Of a stretch of DNA of 41,015 nucleotides, positions 18,417 to 29,478 are shown in pieces. The notes under the pieces were generated by a model. The model was given only the letters and a program-made list of their open reading frames with translations, searched no databases and was not told where the DNA came from. Each line of letters begins with the position of its first letter. Positions within the stretch are counted from its first letter, which is position 1. Origin of the DNA: a virus (Duplodnaviria > Heunggongvirae > Uroviricota > Caudoviricetes); the IMG/VR virus record IMGVR_UViG_2537561977_000014; one strand, written 5' to 3'. A program made the translations under genes and the position numbers.

Positions 18417-19181
18417 ATGGCAAAACCGGACTGGGAGGCCATCGAATCGGCATACCGGGCCGGAGTCCTTAGCCTCCGTGATATAGGCGAGAAATACGGC
18501 GTTACAGAAGGGGCTATCAGGAAGAGGGCCAAAAAGCTTGGTTGGGCACGCAGTGGCGGTACGCAGGTTTGCAAAAATGGTACGCAAAAAAGGAAAGTGC
18601 GTACCAGCAGAAAGCCTGCCATTACTGGCCTTACACAAAAAAGTACGCAACTAAAAACAGAATCTACACCGGATACGAAACCGATACGCGGAATGCGTAC
18701 CGATCCCCCGACTAACCCATTCCAACCCGGTAACCAGCAGGCATTAAAACACGGTGGTTATGCCCGTCGCCTTCTGCTCAAAGATGAGGTGATAGAGGAC
18801 GCTAAAGCGTTGACGCTCGAGGACGAATTATTTCGCCTTCGTGCTAACAACCTTGTCGCTGCAGAGAATATTGGCCGGTGGTTGGTGTCGCTGGAAGATG
18901 CTAATGGGGACCAGGAAAGGAAGATGCTGATTGAAAATATCAGCGCCGCCGAGAAAGCAATGATGCGCAATACAGTTCGTATTGAGTCCATCGTTGGCAC
19001 GCTTGCGACGGTAGGAAAAATATTTGCTGATACAGCCTACCGCAAGGCCGCCACTGATAAGGTGTCTCTGGAGGCTGATCGTCTTCGCCGTGATGCAGGT
19101 ATTGATGATGGCAATGGAGAGCGTGACCTCAATGACTTCTACTCTGACATCCAAACCGACGCTGAATCCGGCTTTACGTAG
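18417..19181 (+). CDS. Terminase small subunit
   Basis: N-terminal HTH-like segment (..GVLSLRDIGEKYGVTEGAIRKRAKKLGW..); immediately upstream of terminase large subunit. Confidence 0.65.
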   Translation: MAKPDWEAIESAYRAGVLSLRDIGEKYGVTEGAIRKRAKKLGWARSGGTQVCKNGTQKRKVRTSRKPAITGLTQKSTQLKTESTPDTKPIRGMRTDPPTNPFQPGNQQALKHGGYARRLLLKDEVIEDAKALTLEDELFRLRANNLVAAENIGRWLVSLEDANGDQERKMLIENISAAEKAMMRNTVRIESIVGTLATVGKIFADTAYRKAATDKVSLEADRLRRDAGIDDGNGERDLNDFYSDIQTDAESGFT

Positions 19182-20535
19182 TTTCTGGACTATGCGGGCA
19201 CGTAACAAAGTGCTTTATGGTGGTCGGTCATCGTCAAAATCATGGGATGCCGCTGGCATTGCCATATTTCTGTCGAATAAATACACCCTGCGTTTTTGTT
19301 GTGCCCGTCAGATCCAGAATAAAATCGAAGAGTCGGTGTATACCCTGCTCAAAATTCAGATAGACAGGTTTGGTCTGCGGCACCGTTTCCGTATTCTGAA
19401 CAACAAAATCATAAACCGGGTTACTGGCTCGGAATTTGTTTTTTATGGATTATGGCGCAACATCGAAGAAATTAAGTCACTGGAGGGGATCGATGTGTTG
19501 TGGCTGGAAGAAGCCCACGCACTGACGGAATACCAGTGGAAAATTCTGGAGCCAACGATCCGTAAAGAGGGTTCGGAATGCTGGTTCATATTCAACCCCG
19601 GACTTGTTACTGATTTCGTCTGGCGCAACTTCGTTGTTGATCCGCCCGAAGGCACTCTCATCCGCAAAATTAACTATGACGAAAATCCGTTTCTGTCTGA
19701 CACCATGCTTAAGGTTATCGACGCGGCGCGACGCCGTGATCCGGATGGTTTTAAACATGTGTATGAGGGCGTTCCGGAGTCTGATGATGATGCGGCAATC
19801 ATCAAACTGTCTTGGATAGAAGCCGCAGTGGATGCGCACAAAACGTTAAATTTCGAACCCAGTGGAAGAAAGCGTATTGGCTTTGACGTGGCTGACAGTG
19901 GTACAGATAAGTGCGCTAACGTTTACCGTCACGGATCCGTTGTTTTCTGGGCCGACGAATGGAAGGCCAAAGAAGATGAATTACTGAAGAGCTGCCAGCG
20001 TACTTATCAGGCGGCGCTGGAGCGTGAAGCAGATATTGTTTACGACTCTATCGGTGTTGGTGCGTCTGCCGGTGCTAAATTCTCTGAAATTAACGCTGAC
20101 CGGAAGAGCGAGAACGCATACGCGCGACGTGTGAATTACCAGAGGTTTAACGCCGGTGCTGGTGTGCATGAGCCAGATGACGAGTACAACGGCATCCCCA
20201 ACAAAGACTTTTTCGCAAATCTTAAGGCTCAGGCATGGTGGCTGGTGGCTGACCGTTTCAGAAATACGTTTAACGCCATTAACAACGGAGAACAGTATCC
20301 TGTGGATGAGCTGATCAGCATAGATTCTCGTTGTCCGTTGCTTGAAAAGCTGAAACTGGAACTGACAACACCTCATCGTGATTTCGACCGTAACGGACGT
20401 GTGATGGTCGAAAGTAAAAAAGACCTCGCAAAACGCGAGATACCGTCACCAAACGTTGCTGATGCATTCATTATGGCCTTCGCGCCAATCGATACATCGC
20501 TGGATATCTGGGAACAGCTGGGGAGACAGGCCTGA
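19132..20535 (+). CDS. Terminase large subunit
   Basis: ATPase N-terminal region (..YGGRSSSKSWDAAGIAIFL.., ..VLWLEEAH..) and C-terminal nuclease-type acidic residues; start ATG 19132 with GGAG RBS. Confidence 0.8.
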   Translation: MTSTLTSKPTLNPALRSFWTMRARNKVLYGGRSSSKSWDAAGIAIFLSNKYTLRFCCARQIQNKIEESVYTLLKIQIDRFGLRHRFRILNNKIINRVTGSEFVFYGLWRNIEEIKSLEGIDVLWLEEAHALTEYQWKILEPTIRKEGSECWFIFNPGLVTDFVWRNFVVDPPEGTLIRKINYDENPFLSDTMLKVIDAARRRDPDGFKHVYEGVPESDDDAAIIKLSWIEAAVDAHKTLNFEPSGRKRIGFDVADSGTDKCANVYRHGSVVFWADEWKAKEDELLKSCQRTYQAALEREADIVYDSIGVGASAGAKFSEINADRKSENAYARRVNYQRFNAGAGVHEPDDEYNGIPNKDFFANLKAQAWWLVADRFRNTFNAINNGEQYPVDELISIDSRCPLLEKLKLELTTPHRDFDRNGRVMVESKKDLAKREIPSPNVADAFIMAFAPIDTSLDIWEQLGRQA

Positions 20536-22001
20536 TGGCACGAAACAAACAAGCCCTGCGGCGAACTGTGCAGGCCACAGCTGATGGTTATGAGAATTTT
20601 ATTGCCCGCGTAGGGATGCAGACACCTAACCAGCACTCAGCATCCACCTACCGGGCTAATTTCACCAGTCGTAACCGCATGCTGGTGGAATGGTCCTATC
20701 GTTCATCCTGGATCATCGGCGAAGCAGTCGATGCTATCCCGGATGATATGACCCGCAAAGGCATTCGCATCACTTCGGAAATTGATGCAAAAGATCGTGG
20801 CATTCTCGAATCACAACTGGATGAGTTGCAAATCTGGGATGCGCTGAATGACGTGCTGAAATGGTCGCGCCTCTACGGCGGCGCGGTGGGTTTCATCATG
20901 ATTGAGGGGCAGGCACCAATGACCCCGCTGCGACCCGAAACCATCGGTAAGGGCAAGTTTAAGGGGATTCTCCCGCTCGACCGCTGGATGGTCGACCCGG
21001 CACTGACCCGCCGCATTAAAGATATGGGGCCGGACCTGGGTAAACCTGAGTTTTACGATGTGGTGACCACAGCAACGGGAATTCCTGCCTGGCGCATTCA
21101 TCACAGTCGCCTGATTCGCTTTGATGGCGTCACGTTGCCATTTCAGCAGAAGATGACCGAGAACGAATGGGGAATGTCGGTTGTAGAGCGTATCTGGGAT
21201 CGTCTTACCGCGTTCGACAGCGCTACTGTCGGCGCGGCGCAGCTGGTCTACAAGGCGCATTTGCGTACCTACAGCGTGGAGAAGCTACGCGAGCTTATCG
21301 CACTTGGTGGTCCTGCGTATGAAGCGTTGCTGAAGAATATCGACCTGATTCGACAGTTCCAGAGTAATGAAGGCATGACGCTCATGGACTCGCGGGATAA
21401 GTTTGAAACCCATCAGTACAGCTTCAGTGGTCTGGATGACATCCTTTCGCAGTTTGCAGAACAGATTAGTGGCGCTGTTGGTATCCCACTGGTGCGGTTG
21501 TTCGGACAGTCCCCGAAAGGATTTTCTACCGGTGATGCAGACCTTGCCAACTATTACGATCGCATCAGTTCGTTGCAGGAGAGGCGTTTACGTCTTCCGG
21601 TGCGGCGGATACTGGACATCATGCATCGTTCGGAACTTGGCAAGCCGCTGCCGGACGATTTCACGTTTGAGTTTAACCCGCTCTGGCAAATGTCTGATGT
21701 CGATCGCTCAACGGTGGCGTTAAACACCACCAACGCAATCAGTACGGCGCTGGGTGATGGTCTGATGACACTGAAAGCCGCTATGACTGATTTGCGAGAA
21801 AATTCTGACGTAACCGGCATCGGGGCATCCATTACCGACGAGGACATCGAGAATGCCGAAGATGAAGCGCCGCCCGGCATCGGCGAACCTGATGACGAAC
21901 CGCAGGAGCCGTCAGGCGGAAATCCGGTATCGAACCAGCCTACGCAGGATAGCGAGGGCGGTCGGAGACATCGTAAATGGTCGCTACGATGGTTCAAATG
22001 A
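20535..22001 (+). CDS. Portal protein
   Basis: 488 aa ORF directly after terminase; start overlaps terminase stop. Confidence 0.75.
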   Translation: MARNKQALRRTVQATADGYENFIARVGMQTPNQHSASTYRANFTSRNRMLVEWSYRSSWIIGEAVDAIPDDMTRKGIRITSEIDAKDRGILESQLDELQIWDALNDVLKWSRLYGGAVGFIMIEGQAPMTPLRPETIGKGKFKGILPLDRWMVDPALTRRIKDMGPDLGKPEFYDVVTTATGIPAWRIHHSRLIRFDGVTLPFQQKMTENEWGMSVVERIWDRLTAFDSATVGAAQLVYKAHLRTYSVEKLRELIALGGPAYEALLKNIDLIRQFQSNEGMTLMDSRDKFETHQYSFSGLDDILSQFAEQISGAVGIPLVRLFGQSPKGFSTGDADLANYYDRISSLQERRLRLPVRRILDIMHRSELGKPLPDDFTFEFNPLWQMSDVDRSTVALNTTNAISTALGDGLMTLKAAMTDLRENSDVTGIGASITDEDIENAEDEAPPGIGEPDDEPQEPSGGNPVSNQPTQDSEGGRRHRKWSLRWFK

Positions 22002-22635
22002 CAGTATCACGGAAATTATTGCGGCGCTGGAGCGTTACAGTGAAATCATCACCCCCTGGGCGACAAAGGTCGCGGAAAACTTTACTGCGGACCTAACCCG
22101 GCAGAACGAGAAAGTTTGGCGGCAACACAGCAAGAACATCAGTCGCGAGCTCCGCAATCTTGTGGAAAGCGCTCCTGTGGGCCAGGTGATGCAATCCATC
22201 ATCGCCGAACAGGTCAAGTACATCAAATCTCTGCCTCTCGAGGCCGCAGACAGGGTGTACGACATCCAGAACAAAGCGATAGAGGCTGTTGTCACCGGTG
22301 GTCGGGCGGAGCAGTTTGCTAAAGAGATTGCATCTACCGGCGATGTTGCTAAGTCTAGGGCCGATCTGATTGCCCGAACGGAACTGGGAAGAGCAACGGG
22401 CGCGCTGGATATGGCCCGAGCGATAGCTATTGGCTCGGATGGTTATATTTGGCGTACAGCCGATGATGGCGATGTCCGAGATTCCCACGATCACATGAAA
22501 GGTAAATTCGTCCGCTGGGATTCACCTCCAACTTTGGACGGCATGACCGGCCACGCGGGCGAGCTGCCAAACTGCCGCTGCTATAAAGAGATCGTGTTTG
22601 TTCGCGTTCCATTCGCAATGAAAAGGGCAGCATAA
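21853..22635 (+). CDS. Head morphogenesis protein (phage Mu F / SPP1 gp7-like)
   Basis: C-terminal ..RTADDGDVRDSHDHMKGKFVRWDSPPTLDGMTGHAGELPNCRCY.. typical of this family; 5' end overlaps portal ORF by ~150 nt. Confidence 0.65.
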   Translation: MPKMKRRPASANLMTNRRSRQAEIRYRTSLRRIARAVGDIVNGRYDGSNDSITEIIAALERYSEIITPWATKVAENFTADLTRQNEKVWRQHSKNISRELRNLVESAPVGQVMQSIIAEQVKYIKSLPLEAADRVYDIQNKAIEAVVTGGRAEQFAKEIASTGDVAKSRADLIARTELGRATGALDMARAIAIGSDGYIWRTADDGDVRDSHDHMKGKFVRWDSPPTLDGMTGHAGELPNCRCYKEIVFVRVPFAMKRAA

Positions 22636-22638
22636 CCC

Positions 22639-23859
22639 ATGAAATACTTTTTTGAGACCAGGCTCGGGGAAACCCGATACCGCCTGGCTGACGGCTCGTT
22701 GCTGTGCAAAGACGTGCCGATAGGACGAACAGGTAAGCAGCTCTATGGTGCTGATGACCTGCCAAAACTGAAACCCGATAAGTTCGGTGAAATAGTCGTC
22801 ACGCGTTCTCCTGAGCAGGTATTCCATCCGGCCACGCTTGCCTCATTCGAAGGGATGAGCATCACGATCCTGCATCCTGAAGATGAAAACGGGAATGTGC
22901 GGCTGGTAAATCCCGAGAACTGGAAAGAGCTTGCTGTCGGGCACCTCCAGAATGTCCGGCGCGGGACGGGTGAGCAGTCTGATTTGATGCTGGCTGACCT
23001 TATCGTCAAAGACGAAAGCGCCATTCAGCTTATCGAAGATGGCCTGCGCGAAGTGTCGTGCGGCTATGACGCGGAGTACGAGCAGACCGAGCCAGGTAAA
23101 GCCGAGCAGGTCGATATTACCGGAAACCATGTGGCTCTTGTCCCTAAAGGCAGAGCCGGAAATCGTTGTGCAATTGGAGACAGAGACACAATGGCAAATC
23201 AAAAGAAAAACTGGTGGAACCGCATGCGTGCGGCCATCAAGACAGGAGATGCCGACACCATGAACGAACTGGTGGAGTCGGCTCCCGCATCGGTTACAGG
23301 AGATGAGGGGGATTTGCCGCAGGGCGTTAATCTCAACATCAACCTGTCCCCGCAGCAACCACTACCGGACAAAGCACCAGAGATGGGCGGAGATCCAACC
23401 GGCGACAGTGATGATGACCTCAAAACATTACTGAAAGCCCTGCTGGCTAAGCTGGAAAGAAATGCCACGGGCGATAACGATAATAAGCCTGACGATAATC
23501 CGACCGGTGACGGCGAGGACGATGAAGAGGAAACCACGATTACTGGTGACTCAGCCTGGCGTGCCGAAGTTATCGTTCCGGGTATCGATCTGAGCCGTAA
23601 GATGAAACCGACCGCGTTCAAACGCGAGGTTCTGGCTTCTGCTGACAAAACGCTGGTTCGCCAGATAGTCGGTGATGCGGATATCCGCAAATTACCGAAA
23701 CAATCGGTCGACATGGCGTTTAATGCCGTGTCTGAGGTTGCCAAAGGGCGAAACACCCGCGCCACCACCGGCGATGCACAGCGCCTAAACATGGGCATGA
23801 CCAGTATCGCTTCCCTGAACAAACAAAACGCTGAATTCTGGGCAAGCCGTAAAGGGTAA
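22639..23859 (+). CDS. Phage head structural protein, probable scaffold (acidic, low-complexity C-terminal half)
   Basis: ORF between head-morphogenesis and capsid genes; D/E/G/T-rich region. Confidence 0.5.
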   Translation: MKYFFETRLGETRYRLADGSLLCKDVPIGRTGKQLYGADDLPKLKPDKFGEIVVTRSPEQVFHPATLASFEGMSITILHPEDENGNVRLVNPENWKELAVGHLQNVRRGTGEQSDLMLADLIVKDESAIQLIEDGLREVSCGYDAEYEQTEPGKAEQVDITGNHVALVPKGRAGNRCAIGDRDTMANQKKNWWNRMRAAIKTGDADTMNELVESAPASVTGDEGDLPQGVNLNINLSPQQPLPDKAPEMGGDPTGDSDDDLKTLLKALLAKLERNATGDNDNKPDDNPTGDGEDDEEETTITGDSAWRAEVIVPGIDLSRKMKPTAFKREVLASADKTLVRQIVGDADIRKLPKQSVDMAFNAVSEVAKGRNTRATTGDAQRLNMGMTSIASLNKQNAEFWASRKG

Positions 23860-23862
23860 AAA

Positions 23863-24369
23863 ATGAATAATGTATTTCTGTACCGGATGCCTGTTGGCAT
23901 TGCCGGGGCTGTCTCTCGCCCGCAGGACTTAACCGTCGAACCGGTGGTCCTTAAATCCGATAACGCCTTCGCTGCCTATGGCCTGGCTGGTAAATACGAT
24001 GATGACGGTTTTTTCGTGCCGCTGGCAGATGGTGATACCGCAGACAAGGTGAAGGGGATCTACGTGCGCCCTTATCCGACCACGTCGCAGCCGGACATGG
24101 TTCGCCAGGTGGGAACAGGCAAGAACTTCCCGGGCGACGCCATGAAGCGTGGCTACGTGACCGTTAATCTCGGTTCTGATTTTGATGCCAGCACTATCAA
24201 AAAAGGCGATCCGGTATACGTTGTCGTCTCCACTGATGAATCCATCAAAGTGCCGCTGGGTGGATTCATGTCCACGTCAGTCAGTGGCAAAAACGTGGTG
24301 CTGACCAACGCTGAATTCACAGGTGCCGGTGATGCTGACGGCAATGCAGAAATTTCCTGGAAGATTTAA
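23863..24369 (+). CDS. Phage head structural protein (possible decoration/cement protein)
   Basis: 168 aa ORF immediately upstream of the major capsid gene. Confidence 0.45.
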   Translation: MNNVFLYRMPVGIAGAVSRPQDLTVEPVVLKSDNAFAAYGLAGKYDDDGFFVPLADGDTADKVKGIYVRPYPTTSQPDMVRQVGTGKNFPGDAMKRGYVTVNLGSDFDASTIKKGDPVYVVVSTDESIKVPLGGFMSTSVSGKNVVLTNAEFTGAGDADGNAEISWKI

Positions 24370-24380
24370 GGAACAGACGA

Positions 24381-25322
24381 ATGATTACTTTTGATCAGGC
24401 AACCGTTGACAGCTCTGGTGCCTTTCTCATCGGGGAGCTGGAGCGACTCGACCAGACGCTGAACCTGCCACTGGTGGGGTACACCTGGAGCCGCGATATT
24501 CAACTGCGTGAAGACGTCTCCATCGCAGATGACATTTCCAGCTGGACGAATACCAGCTTCGCCGCTGCGGGTACTGGCGCAAATCCGAATGGAAAAAACT
24601 GGGTAGGCAAAGACTCAACCGCTATTGCTGGCGTGAACGTGGATATCGGCAAATCCGGTAACCCGCTGAACCTGTGGGGGATGGAACTTGGCTGGACGGT
24701 CATAGAATTGCAGGCTGCTCAGCAGGTCGGCCGCCCGATTGATACGCAGAAGTATGACGGTATGCAACTGAAATGGCAGATGGATAACGATGAACAGGTA
24801 TATGTTGGCGATTCCGCATTAAACCTGAAAGGCCTTGTTACCCTGGACGGCGTGCCTGTCAACAACGCTGCCAAAACGTGGGCAACCTCAACACCGGACG
24901 AAATCCGCGCAAGCATTAACCAGGTGCTGTCTGATGCGTGGGCCGCTTCTGGTTACTCTGTGGTTCCGCGTGATTTGCTGATCCCGCCTGAGCAGTTTGC
25001 TCTGTTGTCCAGCATCATCGTTTCATCTGCAGGTAACCAGTCCCTGTTGACGTACCTTCAGACCAACACCATCAGCTATCACCAGAACGGTGTTCCGCTG
25101 AATATCCGCGCGGTTAAATGGCTGAAAGGCCGTGGTGTGGGGAATAAGGATCGCATGGTTGCGTACACCAACGATAAAAAATACGTCCGCTACCCGCTGG
25201 TTCCGCTTCAGAGCGTGCCGGTGCAGTATCGCGGTCTGTATCAGATCGTCACTTACTACGGCAAGCTGGGTGCAGTCGAGCCAGTGTACAAAGAAACCAT
25301 TTCGTACGTTGATGGCATTTAA
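24381..25322 (+). CDS. Major capsid protein
   Basis: 313 aa ORF at the expected position after scaffold-like genes; strong coding character. Confidence 0.65.
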   Translation: MITFDQATVDSSGAFLIGELERLDQTLNLPLVGYTWSRDIQLREDVSIADDISSWTNTSFAAAGTGANPNGKNWVGKDSTAIAGVNVDIGKSGNPLNLWGMELGWTVIELQAAQQVGRPIDTQKYDGMQLKWQMDNDEQVYVGDSALNLKGLVTLDGVPVNNAAKTWATSTPDEIRASINQVLSDAWAASGYSVVPRDLLIPPEQFALLSSIIVSSAGNQSLLTYLQTNTISYHQNGVPLNIRAVKWLKGRGVGNKDRMVAYTNDKKYVRYPLVPLQSVPVQYRGLYQIVTYYGKLGAVEPVYKETISYVDGI

Positions 25323-25549
25323 CAGCCATATGGCCCCCTGGCGGGGCCATTAAGGATGACCCGATGGCAAAAATAATGCAGTAATACACGTACATACCCC
25401 GTTTGTGCTCACGCTTCCCGACGGTTCGCGGCGCGAGTTTGTTAAAGGCCGTCATGCAGTGGAGGAAGACGTTGCCACGCACTGGTTCACTCGTGCGCAC
25501 GCGGAAGTATCCGTTGGCAAAGCCACAGACGCGCGTAACGAGGTAAAAA

Positions 25550-25957
25550 ATGCCAAAGAATCAAAGTCTGCCAGCGGTAAGTGATTTTCGCCGCGACTTC
25601 CCGCAGTTTGCTGACCCTGCCAAATATCCCGAAGCGCAAATCCAGTTTCGTCTGAATCTGGCCGATGAACTGCTGAGCGAAAACGTCACCGAAAAAAAGT
25701 TGTTTCCGTACTTTGCCGGATTGTTCGTTGCGCACTACATGACGCTCTGGGCGGCAGACAGCCGGGCGATGCTGGCTGGTGGTCCGGGCGGTTCAACCAA
25801 TGGTGTTCAGTCCTCAAAGTCCGTGGATAAGGTAAGCGTCAGTTATGACACCAGCGCGACGCTGAATCCTGATGCAGGTTTCTGGAATAACACCCGATAT
25901 GGCGCTGAATTTTATCAGTTGATCACGATGTTCGGTGCAGGCGGTCGCCAGCTATGA
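25550..25957 (+). CDS. Head-tail connector/head completion protein (putative)
   Basis: ORF in the head-tail joining module; positional call. Confidence 0.45.
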   Translation: MPKNQSLPAVSDFRRDFPQFADPAKYPEAQIQFRLNLADELLSENVTEKKLFPYFAGLFVAHYMTLWAADSRAMLAGGPGGSTNGVQSSKSVDKVSVSYDTSATLNPDAGFWNNTRYGAEFYQLITMFGAGGRQL

Positions 25958-26508
25958 GTTTCAAAAGCGGTGTAACAACGAGGGTGGATAACGCTCAGGC
26001 CATTCTGGATGCGCTCAGGTCGTTAACCAAAAAAGATGTGCTGGTCGGCATCCCTTCGGAAGACAGCGAGCGGGATGATGTTCCGTTTGGTAATGCGGGC
26101 ATCGGTTACCTCAACGAATACGGCTCACCGGCGCAAAACATCCCGCCACGACCTCACCTGGTCCCCGGCGTTAAATCGGTAGAAGAACAGACAGTGCCGC
26201 AGCTCAAAGCAGCGGCGCAGGCTGCGCTTGATGGTAATGCGGCGGGTGCGGAAAGAGCGCTCAACCGTGCCGGAACGCTGGCCGCTAATGGCGTCAGGCG
26301 TTACATGACCATTACCGGCTTTACGCCGCTTGCTGACAGTACTGTTGAAGCCCGGGCTCGTCGGGGGCGCAAGGGGGCAACACTGGAACTTGCCCGGCGT
26401 GCTGCTGGCGAATCTCCGGGAACCGAACTGGCGAAACCATTAATTGACACCGGGCAATATCGCAGAGCGATTACCCATGTTGTGAGGGATAAAGATGCCG
26501 ACTCTTGA
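25954..26508 (+). CDS. Head-tail adaptor/neck protein (putative)
   Basis: ORF with 4-nt overlap to the upstream gene; positional call. Confidence 0.45.
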   Translation: MSFKSGVTTRVDNAQAILDALRSLTKKDVLVGIPSEDSERDDVPFGNAGIGYLNEYGSPAQNIPPRPHLVPGVKSVEEQTVPQLKAAAQAALDGNAAGAERALNRAGTLAANGVRRYMTITGFTPLADSTVEARARRGRKGATLELARRAAGESPGTELAKPLIDTGQYRRAITHVVRDKDADS

Positions 26509-26884
26509 TGTAACAGATGTGCTTTTTGACCCCGATTTTTGCGACTTCAATTTGTGGGTAACACGCCGTGTGCAAACGGTGGATGAGGATGGGATCGGCA
26601 GCGACAGCGAAGTTAAAAAGCAGTTTGCCGGAGTCGTTACTGTTGATCGCTCTCTGGAAAACCGTCGTATGCAGGCCGGGCAGGTAATCAGTGGTGCAAT
26701 TCTGATTGTGACGACTGAGCGACTGACGCAGGGACAGACTGGCCGTGATGCCGATATCGTGACGTATCAGGGCCGTGATTATCGTGTGACTTTCGTCGAC
26801 CCGTATACAGCGTATGGTGCCGGATTCGTTCAGGCGCATTGTGAGTTGCTGCCGTTTGATGGGGGAATTCCGGTTGAGCAATAA
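26495..26884 (+). CDS. Tail completion/neck protein (putative)
   Basis: ORF translationally coupled to neighbours. Confidence 0.45.
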   Translation: MPTLDVTDVLFDPDFCDFNLWVTRRVQTVDEDGIGSDSEVKKQFAGVVTVDRSLENRRMQAGQVISGAILIVTTERLTQGQTGRDADIVTYQGRDYRVTFVDPYTAYGAGFVQAHCELLPFDGGIPVEQ

Positions 26885-27422
26885 CACCAGCACAGAGCGC
26901 GGATGGCTGATACCAACCAGTGGCGATCCGGATTATGACGAAGCGCTCGACAGGCTGTTAAGCCAGTGGATGCGTAACGTTTCCGGTCTGTCTGCCGGGA
27001 TGGTTCGTCCGCGCTGGCAGAAAGAGCAGCCGCCACTGCTACCGGCTGAAACGAGCTGGTGTGCGTTTGGGGTTATCGGATGGTCAGGTGATGACAGTCC
27101 GGCATTCACCAGACAGACCGATGATGGCTCTCAGCTCTGGCGGCATGAAACGATTGAGTGTATGGCTTCGTTTTATGGTCCGGCGGGGATGGTGTATGCG
27201 TCCCGGTTTCGTGACGGTATATCTGTGCCGCAGAACAATGCAGCACTGAATGCGCTGGGGCTGTCTCTTGGCGATTACACAGGTCTGACTCCCTTCCCTG
27301 AACTTATTAATCAGCAATGGGTCCGCCGCTACGATATGACGGTGCGTCTGCGCCGGAAGGTTGTGCGCGAGTACGGTATTAAATCGCTGGTGGAAGCACC
27401 AGTCATCTTTTTCGGAGATTAA
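26859..27422 (+). CDS. Tail-associated protein preceding the sheath gene (putative)
   Basis: ORF; start at ATG 26859 overlapping upstream gene end. Confidence 0.45.
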   Translation: MGEFRLSNNTSTERGWLIPTSGDPDYDEALDRLLSQWMRNVSGLSAGMVRPRWQKEQPPLLPAETSWCAFGVIGWSGDDSPAFTRQTDDGSQLWRHETIECMASFYGPAGMVYASRFRDGISVPQNNAALNALGLSLGDYTGLTPFPELINQQWVRRYDMTVRLRRKVVREYGIKSLVEAPVIFFGD

Positions 27423-27425
27423 GCT

Positions 27426-28571
27426 ATGGCACAGGGCTTGCCTGTATCAAACGTTGTTAATGTTGATGTGATCATGTCGCCGCGTGCAGCATCAGGGCGA
27501 AATTTTGGTGCATTACTCATTCTCGGCCCGTCCACAATCATTCCGGTAAGTGAGCGCATTCGCCGTTATTCTGCTGCGGAAGATATTGGAAAAGATTTTG
27601 GCGTGGAATCACCAGAATATAAGGCTGCGCAGGTGTTTTTCTCACAATCACCGAAACCTCAGGAGGTTTTTGTTGGTCGTTGGGTGAAAACGAAGGGAGA
27701 CAGCGAACAGGCCACGCCTGAGACGCTGGAGCAGGCTGTGAATGCCATGCTTGATTATACTTCATGGTATGGGCTGGGGATTGCAGACGATGCAGATATT
27801 CCGGATGCAGACTGGCTGAAAGTGGCTGCGGCGATCGAATCCTCTTCTGTAAGCCGTATTCTGGCGATTACGACAAGCGATGAGAAATGCCTGCAGACTG
27901 CATCCAGCGATGATTTGGCATCAAAACTGAAAACCGCCGGATATTCACGCAGTTTTATTCAGTATTCATCGGGTAATAAATACGCTGCGTTATCTGCATT
28001 TGGCCGGGCATTCACGGTTAATTTCAATGGCAGTAATACCGCGATTACGCTCAAGTTTAAGCAGGAGCCGGGTGTCGGGTATGAAACACTGACAGTCAGC
28101 CAGGCATCGGCACTTGATGCAAAAAACTGCAATGTATTCGTGTACTACCAGAATGATACGGCTATCCTCCAGCAGGGAGTGATGGCTAACGGCGATTTCT
28201 TTGATGAACGCCACGGCCTGGACTGGTTACAGAATTATGTGCAGACCAACCTCTATAACCTGCTTTATACCAGCACCACGAAAGTACCCCAGAGTGAAGC
28301 CGGTATTACCCGACTGTTATCAAGTGTTGAAAAATCACTGGATCAGGCCGTTCAGAATGGACTGATTGCTCCGGGCGTATGGAACGGTGGCGACCTTGGT
28401 CAGTTGTCATCAGGTGACACGCTGCCCAAAGGTTATTACGTATACGCCCAGCCGCTGGATGAACAGGCACAATCAGAACGTGAAGCCCGTAAGGCTCCGG
28501 TGATTCAGGCTGCAATAAAACTTGCAGGCGCGGTTCATTACGCTGACGTACAGATTAACGTTGTTCGCTAA
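27426..28571 (+). CDS. Contractile tail sheath protein (DUF3383-like)
   Basis: 381 aa ORF followed by small tube-like gene, chaperone with frameshift, and tape measure: canonical myovirus order. Confidence 0.65.
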   Translation: MAQGLPVSNVVNVDVIMSPRAASGRNFGALLILGPSTIIPVSERIRRYSAAEDIGKDFGVESPEYKAAQVFFSQSPKPQEVFVGRWVKTKGDSEQATPETLEQAVNAMLDYTSWYGLGIADDADIPDADWLKVAAAIESSSVSRILAITTSDEKCLQTASSDDLASKLKTAGYSRSFIQYSSGNKYAALSAFGRAFTVNFNGSNTAITLKFKQEPGVGYETLTVSQASALDAKNCNVFVYYQNDTAILQQGVMANGDFFDERHGLDWLQNYVQTNLYNLLYTSTTKVPQSEAGITRLLSSVEKSLDQAVQNGLIAPGVWNGGDLGQLSSGDTLPKGYYVYAQPLDEQAQSEREARKAPVIQAAIKLAGAVHYADVQINVVR

Positions 28572-28581
28572 GGGGAAGTGA

Positions 28582-29022
28582 ATGTCTACCTATTCTTTTA
28601 TGGATGTCACTGCGACGCTGACCGGGCCGACCGGTTCGATTGACCTCGGGTACGGTTCGGCAAGTTCTGAAGAGGGGATTGTGGTTGCGATGGGCGGTCC
28701 TAAAAACACCATGACCATCGGTGCTGATGGCGAAGTGATGCACAGTCTCCATGCAGATAAAAGCGGGACGATTACCGTTAACCTTCTGAAGACATCACCG
28801 ACAAATAAAAAATTGTCGCTGGCGTATAACGCACAGAGCCAGTCTTCTGCCACATGGGGGAATAACGTTATTGTGATCCGAAACAAGGTCAGCGGCGACA
28901 TCATCACGGCACGCAGTGTTGCGTTCCAGAAACAACCGGATAACGCCAACGCTAAAACCGGTAATACGATGCCGTGGGTGCTTGACTGCGGCAAGATTGA
29001 CCAGGTTCTCGGGGAGTTTTAA
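28582..29022 (+). CDS. Tail tube protein
   Basis: 146 aa ORF directly after sheath gene. Confidence 0.6.
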   Translation: MSTYSFMDVTATLTGPTGSIDLGYGSASSEEGIVVAMGGPKNTMTIGADGEVMHSLHADKSGTITVNLLKTSPTNKKLSLAYNAQSQSSATWGNNVIVIRNKVSGDIITARSVAFQKQPDNANAKTGNTMPWVLDCGKIDQVLGEF

Positions 29023-29025
29023 TAC

Positions 29026-29478
29026 ATGGAATTCGAAATCAAAGGCGTGAAATATCGCGCGGCAAAACTCAGCGTTTTTGACCAGCTGAAAGTGACCCGC
29101 AAACTTCTGCCGGTGCTGGCAGGAATGATGTCAGATTTCGGGAGCATTCGCTCCCGTTTGCCTGCTGACGGCAAAATAGACACCGTGAAATTCGAGCAGT
29201 TAAAACCGGTGTTTGAAACCATGCTCCCGCGTATCGCTGAGGAACTGTCTTCCCTGACCGAAGATGACACCAGTGCAATTATTCATCCCTGTCTTGCGGT
29301 GGTGTCGCGGCGTCATATGGACGGATGGGTGCCGGTATTTACCCAGGGCGAACTGATGTTTGATGATATTGACCTGCTGGTCATGCTGCAGCTGGTGGCG
29401 CGGGTGGTCGCCGATTCGCTAGGAAATTTTTTGCAAGGACACCCTACCAAAGAGACGCCCATCCCGCCAGCGGAATAA
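29026..29478 (+). CDS. Tail assembly chaperone; -1 slippery site A_AAT_TTT at 29424-29430 would extend the product to 29675
   Basis: ORF upstream of tape measure; -1 frame stays open to 29675 (..FNSLPGGEDFILRPALAFHIDQKDLNSGAVDLCRIALLNDYLDMCEDNDVRVEKW..). Confidence 0.6.
   Translation: MEFEIKGVKYRAAKLSVFDQLKVTRKLLPVLAGMMSDFGSIRSRLPADGKIDTVKFEQLKPVFETMLPRIAEELSSLTEDDTSAIIHPCLAVVSRRHMDGWVPVFTQGELMFDDIDLLVMLQLVARVVADSLGNFLQGHPTKETPIPPAE

Noticed and set aside
22843-23900. Long minus-strand ORFs (171 and 233 aa) inside the scaffold-like gene
   Set aside because: Antisense shadow ORFs within a well-supported plus-strand structural operon; low-complexity Ser/Pro-rich translations.
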